Assembly: GCA_963716945.1 (NCBI GenBank)
Contig: OY970322.1
Location: forward strand, 150,001 to 182,000
DNA length: 32,000 nt
Direction of reading: 5' to 3'
DNA from: Candidatus Saccharimonadota bacterium
GTDB taxonomy: Bacteria > Patescibacteriota > Saccharimonadia > Saccharimonadales > UBA4665
Shown piece after piece: positions 26,890-32,000 of this stretch (the stretch's first letter is position 1; each line of letters starts with the position of its first letter). The notes under the pieces were generated by a model. That model saw only the letters and a list, made by a program, of their open reading frames with translations, did not search any database and was not told the origin of the DNA. The translations under genes were made by a program, and so were the position numbers.

Positions 26890-27276
26890 ATGCTAAATAC
26901 ACTGTTATCAATCGTGGCAACGGATGCTTGCGACAAGTCCGGCGACTTCTTCGGCCTGCTGCCCTGGTACCATTACTTGCCGCCGGGTGATTTCAGCGGC
27001 TGCGACCTGGTTAACTTCAACTTCCTGCCAAGCTCTAGCGTAGCCAGCGACGTGCCGCTGGTGATGTTGGCGGTTATCGATGATTTGTTGCGTATAGCCG
27101 GCATCGTGGCGATTGCTTTCGTCATCGTCGGGTCGGTAAGATACATAACCAGCCAGGGCAATCCGGAGCAGACGGCCCAGGCCCAGTCAACTATTATTAA
27201 CGCTTTGATCGGCACGGCCATAGCTATAGCGGCCGCGACCTTTGTCGGCTTCGTCGGCAGCCAGTTGGGAGGTTAG
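26890..27276 (+). CDS. T4SS pilin-like protein 2
   Basis: 128-aa ORF with the C-terminal module AGIVAIAFVIVGSVRYITSQGNPEQTAQAQSTIINALIGTAIAIAAATFV. The N-terminal part has 2 Cys and LLPWYHYLPP. Confidence 0.7.
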   Translation: MLNTLLSIVATDACDKSGDFFGLLPWYHYLPPGDFSGCDLVNFNFLPSSSVASDVPLVMLAVIDDLLRIAGIVAIAFVIVGSVRYITSQGNPEQTAQAQSTIINALIGTAIAIAAATFVGFVGSQLGG

Positions 27277-27277
27277 A

Positions 27278-27592
27278 ATGGGAATTATTTTTCGGATCTT
27301 GGCAGAATCGGTAAGCGCCGGTAACCTGCCGGGAGCACCTACGCCGGCGGATCCCAACCCCGTCAGCCTGACCAGCGTGGCCGCTTTGCAAACCATCCTG
27401 GGCGTAGTCTTCGGTATAATCGGGGCCCTGGCGCTCCTGATCATAACGGTTTCCGGACTTCGCTATATAACTTCGGCCGGCGATCCGGAAAAGACGACCA
27501 GGGCCAGAAACGGTATCATCTATGCTCTCATTGGCCTGGTTTTGGCCATATCGGCCGAGGCGATAGTATCATTCGGAGTTAACCGGCTATGA
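27278..27592 (+). CDS. T4SS pilin-like protein 3
   Basis: I place the start at ATG 27278 (104 aa), preceded by GGGAGG and lying just after the upstream stop. The track's start at 27242 is less likely. The module is FGIIGALALLIITVSGLRYITSAGDPEKTTRARNGIIYALIGLVLAISAEAIV. Confidence 0.7.
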   Translation: MGIIFRILAESVSAGNLPGAPTPADPNPVSLTSVAALQTILGVVFGIIGALALLIITVSGLRYITSAGDPEKTTRARNGIIYALIGLVLAISAEAIVSFGVNRL

Positions 27593-28032
27593 TCAGGCGA
27601 TTATCTCTGGCTGTAGCCCTGCTGGTCTTATGCTTGTTTGCGGCGCCGCGGCCGGCGGCGGCTTATGACATATTCGGCGGTGTTAATTGTTCGGCCAACG
27701 GCAACTCCAGCTCCGCCTCCAATTCGGCGGTCTGCCAGGGCCAGCCGGCAACCGATCCTACAACCGGCAAGGCGGCCGACCCCATAGGCGGCGCCAACGG
27801 CCTACTGGCCAAGATCACCAATATCGTGGCCTATGCCGGCGGCGCCGCGGCCATTATCCTGGTAATTGTCAGTGCTTTGCGCTTCGTGACCTCGGGCAGC
27901 GATGTCAGCACCAGCTCGCGTACCGATACCGATGTCGAGAATGCCAGGCGCAGCCTTAGCAGCGCCCTGATCGGTTTGGCCATTATCGTTCTGGCCCGCA
28001 CATTAATATTATTTGTACTGAAAAAGGTGTGA
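27589..28032 (+). CDS. T4SS pilin-like protein 4 (loop-insertion variant)
   Basis: 147-aa ORF with a signal peptide (FAAPRPAAA/YD). The module is AAAIILVIVSALRFVTSGSDVSTSSRTDTDVENARRSLSSALIGLAIIVLART, with an ~8-aa longer inter-helix loop. It overlaps the upstream gene by ATGA. Confidence 0.65.
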   Translation: MIRRLSLAVALLVLCLFAAPRPAAAYDIFGGVNCSANGNSSSASNSAVCQGQPATDPTTGKAADPIGGANGLLAKITNIVAYAGGAAAIILVIVSALRFVTSGSDVSTSSRTDTDVENARRSLSSALIGLAIIVLARTLILFVLKKV

Positions 28033-28042
28033 AGGAGAGACT

Positions 28043-28483
28043 ATGAAACGGATTATCTTAAACATAACGGCGCTTTTGCTGCTCGCCATAGTGCCGGCCG
28101 CGGCGCTGACAGGCGCGGCTTATGCGGCGGGGTGCGGTACGCCTTCGACGCCCAAAACCCAGGTGCTGAATGGCATCGGCGAAACCGGCAGCAACTGCGA
28201 TGACAGCGGTGTCGCTAACGCTATCTCGGCTGGCGTTAATATCTTGAGTCTGGTGGTCGGCGTGGCCGCTGTCATGATGGTCATACTCAGCGGGTTCAAA
28301 TACATAACGTCCGGCGGCGAGGCCAGCAAGGTTTCCAACGCCAAGAACAGCCTGGTTTACGCCTTAATCGGTTTGTTCATCGCGGCTCTGGCGCAGCTGC
28401 TGGTGCACTTCGTCCTCGCGCAGTCGACTGTCGCCGCCTGCCCGCCCGGCAGCAAGGACGCCGCCTGCCAGCCGGCCCACTAG
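28043..28483 (+). CDS. T4SS pilin-like protein 5
   Basis: 146-aa ORF with a signal peptide (LTGAAYA/AG). The module is VGVAAVMMVILSGFKYITSGGEASKVSNAKNSLVYALIGLFIAALAQLLVHFVL. GGAGAG lies upstream of the ATG. Confidence 0.7.
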   Translation: MKRIILNITALLLLAIVPAAALTGAAYAAGCGTPSTPKTQVLNGIGETGSNCDDSGVANAISAGVNILSLVVGVAAVMMVILSGFKYITSGGEASKVSNAKNSLVYALIGLFIAALAQLLVHFVLAQSTVAACPPGSKDAACQPAH

Positions 28484-28498
28484 GGAGCTTCAGGTTAC

Positions 28499-28527
28499 TT
28501 GATTCCGCTAAAGCCTTGTAGTATAAG
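28499..28527 (+). promoter_or_regulatory. Possible internal promoter ahead of pilin-like gene 6
   Basis: TTGATT (28499-28504)-N17-TATAAG (28522-28527) lies in the only sizeable gap (74 nt) of the pilin array. Confidence 0.35.
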
Positions 28528-28557
28528 TTAAGTAGACTTAAAGAAAGGTTTAGAGAA

Positions 28558-29022
28558 ATGATTCAAAAGATCAAAACTTATATGTACATGGCGGCCGGAA
28601 CCATAATGCTGGCTTTGCCGCTGCTGGTATCAACTGCCGCCGCGTCCGCGGTAGCCGACTGTAACCAAGTCAGCTCCGGCATCGCCAACGGCGTCAACCA
28701 GGCGACAGGCACCAGCAGCAGCAACCCCAACGCCGTCGACTGTTCCTCGAGCAGCGTTAACGGCAGCACGATCGGTACCGCCGCTAAGGGACTGGTGAAC
28801 GTCTTCTCTATCATCGTCGGTGTCGTGGCCGTGGTCATGATCATCTACGGCGGCTTTCGCTACATTACTTCCGGCGGCGACAGCGGCCGGGTCGGCAACG
28901 CCAAGAACAGCCTGATTTACGCCATCGTCGGATTGGTTATCGTAGCCCTGGCGCAGCTGATTGTGCACTTTGTCCTGGGCCAGACTAACAGTATCCAGAC
29001 TAACGTCACCGCTCCGCAATAA
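28558..29022 (+). CDS. T4SS pilin-like protein 6
   Basis: 154-aa ORF with a signal peptide (VSTAAASA/VA). The module is VGVVAVVMIIYGGFRYITSGGDSGRVGNAKNSLIYAIVGLVIVALAQLIVHFVL. This is its closest match to gene 5, including long identical DNA runs. Confidence 0.7.
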   Translation: MIQKIKTYMYMAAGTIMLALPLLVSTAAASAVADCNQVSSGIANGVNQATGTSSSNPNAVDCSSSSVNGSTIGTAAKGLVNVFSIIVGVVAVVMIIYGGFRYITSGGDSGRVGNAKNSLIYAIVGLVIVALAQLIVHFVLGQTNSIQTNVTAPQ

Positions 29023-29044
29023 AGATTCGTTCTTTAGGCGCATG

Positions 29045-29073
29045 AAAAAACTTCCCGTTTAAGGGAAGTTTTT
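29045..29073. terminator. Bidirectional Rho-independent terminator
   Basis: The sequence is AAAAAA-CTTCCC-gtttaa-GGGAAG-TTTTT: a perfect 6-bp GC-rich stem flanked by an A-run and a T-run. It sits between the convergent pilin gene 6 and hsp20. Confidence 0.75.
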
Positions 29074-29089
29074 CTTAACCAAGCTCTGT

Positions 29090-29569
29090 TTATAAGACTT
29101 GGATTTTCTTAACCGTGTCCTGCTGGACTTTGCCGAAGCTGATGGTCAGGACGCCGTCTTTCAGGACGGCTTCGATCTCTTCTTCCTTGACGGGTACGGG
29201 CAAAGCAATGGTGCGGCTGAACTCGCCCCAGTAGCATTCCTGCAAGAAGTAATTCTCCACGCCGTCTTCGCTGCCTGAGCTGAGAGTGCCCCGGATTGTC
29301 AGCTGGTTGTCGGAAATACTGACGTCGAGGTCATTCTTATTAACGCCGGCGGTGCGGGCTTTGACGACCAGCTTCTCGCGTGTTTCATAAACGTCGACTG
29401 CCAGCTGGCCCGGCACGGTGTCGTCTTCGTCCCATTCGTCTTCCGCTATCGGGGAGCCGGCAGGTTCGGCCACAGCGTCAACCGGCTCGGCCGTGTCATC
29501 GCCCAGAAAGGCCGCCGTTAATTCGTCTTCTTCGAGCAGGAGATCGTCGTCGCGGTTACGTCGCGCCAT
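29090..29569 (-). CDS. Hsp20/alpha-crystallin family small heat-shock protein
   Basis: Alpha-crystallin domain motifs are present: AVDVYETREKLVVKARTAGVNKNDLDVSISDNQLTIRG and FSRTIALPVPVKEEEIEAVLKDGVLTISFGK. I prefer the ATG at 29569 (MARRNRDD), which is preceded by GGAGGG. The track's GTG at 29587 would contain that Shine-Dalgarno. Confidence 0.85.
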   Translation of the reverse strand: MARRNRDDDLLLEEDELTAAFLGDDTAEPVDAVAEPAGSPIAEDEWDEDDTVPGQLAVDVYETREKLVVKARTAGVNKNDLDVSISDNQLTIRGTLSSGSEDGVENYFLQECYWGEFSRTIALPVPVKEEEIEAVLKDGVLTISFGKVQQDTVKKIQVL

Positions 29570-29744
29570 GGTAGTGTTACCCTCCACTAAATTAATTGCC
29601 GTCTTGGCTGTCTGTCACCCCGCTAAAGCTTGGGGAATCGAGAAAGATTAAAAACCTTGCGTTTTTGTATTAGTAGCAGTATAGCTTAGGCGGTAAAGCC
29701 TGCGCAACGTGCCGGACACTTATTTACAACACATTAAACACAAC

Positions 29745-30416
29745 ATGAGCCTTTTCGATAGCCTTATCAGTAAAATCGCGCCGTATGACTGCCTGGAGTG
29801 CGGGGTGGAGGGCGAATTATTATGTATGGGCTGTGTCCGCCGCCTGAACACCATAACGGAACGCTGCTATGGCTGCCGCCAAGCCTCCCCCGGCTGGCTG
29901 ACGTGCGCGGCTTGCCGCAGCTCGAGCCGCTTGGCCAGCGTGAAAGTCGGTACCGCTTACGGCGACAGTGCCAAAAACTTGATCTGGAAGCTGAAACTAT
30001 CAGGCGCCCGGGCCGCGGCCCGGATTATGGCCTGCCAACTGGCGCCTATGGTAAAACCCGAAAACTTAGCGATAATCATGCCAGTACCGACGGCGACCGG
30101 CCGGGCGCGCCGCCGCGGCTACGACCAGGCAAAGCTGCTGGCCCGGGAGCTGGCCCGGCAAACCCGCCTGCCTTACCGCGACGGCCTGGCCCGCCTGGGC
30201 CAGACGCACCAGCATGGCTTGGACCGGCGCCAGCGCTTAGCGCAATTGACATCGGCTTTTCGCGTGACCAGGCCAGGGACGGTCAAAGGCCGCCGCGTCA
30301 TATTGGTGGATGACGTGGTGACTACAGGTTCCACGCTTGAAGCCGCGGCAGCAATTGTGCTGGCGGCCGGGGCTGTCCGGGTTGACGCGGTTGTTTTCGC
30401 CCAGCCTCAAGTCTGA
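29745..30416 (+). CDS. comFC: ComF family protein (double zinc-ribbon + phosphoribosyltransferase domain)
   Basis: It has N-terminal CxxC pairs (CLECG...CMGC...CYGC...CAAC) and the PRTase motif VILVDDVVTTGSTLEAAA. I prefer the ATG at 29745 over the GTG at 29709. A weak TTGCGT-N17-TATAGC lies at 29657-29685. Confidence 0.8.
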   Translation: MSLFDSLISKIAPYDCLECGVEGELLCMGCVRRLNTITERCYGCRQASPGWLTCAACRSSSRLASVKVGTAYGDSAKNLIWKLKLSGARAAARIMACQLAPMVKPENLAIIMPVPTATGRARRRGYDQAKLLARELARQTRLPYRDGLARLGQTHQHGLDRRQRLAQLTSAFRVTRPGTVKGRRVILVDDVVTTGSTLEAAAAIVLAAGAVRVDAVVFAQPQV

Positions 30417-30445
30417 CTGCCCTAATCGGCCTGACTAATGCTTTA

Positions 30446-31918
30446 ATGTACTTTGTGGAAGAGGAAACTAGAAAACTAGCCAAAATTGTCGGATCGAAGT
30501 TGGTATTCGGTTTCACTTTGCTGGTTTTTGTCTCTGAAACCGGCTACCTGTCGCTAACCAGCCGGTTCCCGATGGCCTTTGACGAGGCTTACCATTTCAG
30601 CCTGATAAAATTCTTCAGTCATCGGCTAAACCCGATAGTTACTTCGCAGGCCAGCAGTACTTACGGGCTCGGCGCCATTGTCCAAAACCCGTCATTCCTC
30701 TACCACTACCTGCTGAGCTTCGCCTACAGGTTCATAGCTCTCTTCACTAATAGTTTGGAAGTCCAAGCCATCAGCCTTCGTTTCATTAATATCGCTTTTG
30801 CGGTGGCTAGTTTAATCGTCATGCGGAAACTCCTAAGATTACTTAACATATCCGACGCCGTGGCCAATCTCGTCGTCCTGGTCTTTGCCCTGACTCCGGT
30901 CGTAACGGTCCTATCGGCCCAGATCAATTACGATAACCTACTGATCCTGGCGGTCACCTTGTGCCTGTATGAGACGGTTGCTTTTGTCAAAAAGCTGGAC
31001 CGTAAAATCTTTGACGCATACAGCCTGCTGAAGCTGTTATGCCTGTGCCTGTTCGCAAGCTTGGTAAAGTTCGCCTTCCTGCCGGTTTTCGCGGGTATCA
31101 CGGTGCTGGCAGCTTATAAGCTGGCCTTTTACCGGCCTCCTAAAAACTCCAGTCTCCGGACCGCCGCCCGCAAGAGTTTTGCCGGCATTACCAAGACTCC
31201 GAAGCTATTGTTGCTGGCCGCCACCCTCACGGGCGGCTTCTTATTCGTCAGGCTTTACGGAGTAAACCTGGTTGAATACCGCAACCCCGCGCCGCAATGC
31301 AGCCAGGTGCTTAATATTCAGGCCTGCAAGCACTATTACGCCTGGGACAGAGACTATAACGTCCGGCAGCAGGAGAAAGCCCACCCGGCAACTTACAAGA
31401 TGAACATCTTTGGCTACACGGTCTACTGGCTGGCTATCAACGGCTTCGGTGTGTTCGGCGCGATACTGCCGCTGGCCGGCCCCTATTACTTGTCGCCGAC
31501 CTTTTGTCTAATCATCGCCATCATTTTGACGGTGGCGTTCGTCTGCTCGGCCGCCAATTTCAAGAAACTTAAAAAGGGTCATGAAAATCTGCTGGCCGTG
31601 GCAGCCATCAGCTCCTTATACGTGTTAGCCATATGGGCCAGAAACTACCATGATTACTTGCAGCTGGGCCAGCCGATTGCCGTTGATGGCCGCTACCTGG
31701 TTCCCGTGCTGGTGTATTTCTACGCGTTGCTGGGTTTAGGTGCGCAGTATGCGCTGGCCGGTAAACAAACGCCGAAGCTGATAGCTAAATGTGCCCTGGT
31801 CCTGCTGGTAGTTTTCTCGTTTTTGTATTACGGCGGCTACGCGCAATATATAACGCACATCTACCCCGTCTACGGCCATATCAGCCCATCCGACAATTTC
31901 CTCATCGGCAAAGAATAA
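30446..31918 (+). CDS. Polytopic integral membrane protein, putative GT-C-type glycosyltransferase (DUF2142-like); paralogue of 2203-3726
   Basis: 490-aa multi-TM ORF. It shares ordered blocks with the 507-aa ORF: FDEAYHF, NPSFLYHYLLSF, QINYDNL, FLPVFA, YGVN..EY.N..P.C.QVL, RNYHDYLQLGQPIAVDGRYLVP. Confidence 0.65.
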   Translation: MYFVEEETRKLAKIVGSKLVFGFTLLVFVSETGYLSLTSRFPMAFDEAYHFSLIKFFSHRLNPIVTSQASSTYGLGAIVQNPSFLYHYLLSFAYRFIALFTNSLEVQAISLRFINIAFAVASLIVMRKLLRLLNISDAVANLVVLVFALTPVVTVLSAQINYDNLLILAVTLCLYETVAFVKKLDRKIFDAYSLLKLLCLCLFASLVKFAFLPVFAGITVLAAYKLAFYRPPKNSSLRTAARKSFAGITKTPKLLLLAATLTGGFLFVRLYGVNLVEYRNPAPQCSQVLNIQACKHYYAWDRDYNVRQQEKAHPATYKMNIFGYTVYWLAINGFGVFGAILPLAGPYYLSPTFCLIIAIILTVAFVCSAANFKKLKKGHENLLAVAAISSLYVLAIWARNYHDYLQLGQPIAVDGRYLVPVLVYFYALLGLGAQYALAGKQTPKLIAKCALVLLVVFSFLYYGGYAQYITHIYPVYGHISPSDNFLIGKE

Positions 31919-32000
31919 AACCGGCTGACGCCCATTGGCTCAGAACCGATACTAAACTTTGCACAATTCCGTGGAAGCCGGAGCGTGCGCCCCGGAAGAA

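Noticed and set aside
27242-27277. Track start codon at 27242 for pilin-like gene 3, and similarly GTG 29587 for hsp20 and GTG 29709 for comF
   Set aside because: The upstream starts overlap the preceding gene or contain the Shine-Dalgarno of a downstream ATG. The ATGs at 27278, 29569 and 29745 have better ribosome-binding context.
9855-29022. Calling the T4SS block an integrative conjugative element or genomic island
   Set aside because: No integrase, relaxase, coupling protein, tRNA target, direct repeats or transposase is visible in the window, so mobile-element status is unsupported. It remains possible if such genes lie outside the window.
29588-29708. Search for heat-shock operators (CIRCE, HAIR) or a sigma32-type promoter upstream of hsp20
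   Set aside because: There is no TTAGCACTC-N9-GAGTGCTAA or CTTGAGT-N7-ACTCAAG-like inverted repeat. Only a vague CCCCAAGC -10-like string is present, which is insufficient.
1-32000. CRISPR arrays, tRNA/rRNA genes, insertion sequences and toxin-antitoxin pairs
   Set aside because: I saw no short regularly spaced direct repeats, no cloverleaf-compatible or rRNA-like segments in the few intergenic gaps, and no transposase-like ORFs. None are reported.

Overview
This window covers the chromosomal replication-origin region of a fairly GC-rich bacterium (mid to upper 50s % GC by eye). Its envelope genes look monoderm or CPR-like. I tentatively guess Patescibacteria/Saccharibacteria, but that is inference only. 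Three blocks are visible. (1) 87-3726 (+) is a translationally coupled glycan operon: a GT2 and a GT4 glycosyltransferase, then a polytopic GT-C-like membrane protein. (2) 3733-9852 is the classic origin core. On the minus strand it holds jag, yidC, rnpA and rpmH; rpmH is a 45-aa gene missing from the ORF track, which I found by hand at 5558-5695. On the plus strand it holds dnaA, dnaN and recF. DnaA-box clusters lie on both sides of dnaA. (3) 9855-29022 is a large type IV secretion (T4SS)-like locus. Eight tightly packed minus-strand genes encode an extended VirB6/TrbL-like protein, a 586-aa orphan, a PrgI/VirB3-like protein, a protein resembling only the VirB4 N-domain, a VirB4 ATPase, a 1144-aa membrane protein with a zinc-peptidase-like C-terminus, an 859-aa four-module peptidoglycan hydrolase, and a bitopic Ig-like protein. 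Diverging from these are six tandem VirB2/TrbC-like pilin paralogues. I saw no coupling protein, relaxase, integrase or CRISPR array. The window ends with hsp20, comFC and a second GT-C-like paralogue of the gene at 2203-3726, so the paralogue pair brackets the origin and T4SS blocks. All function calls rest on motifs read by eye and none has been checked against a database.
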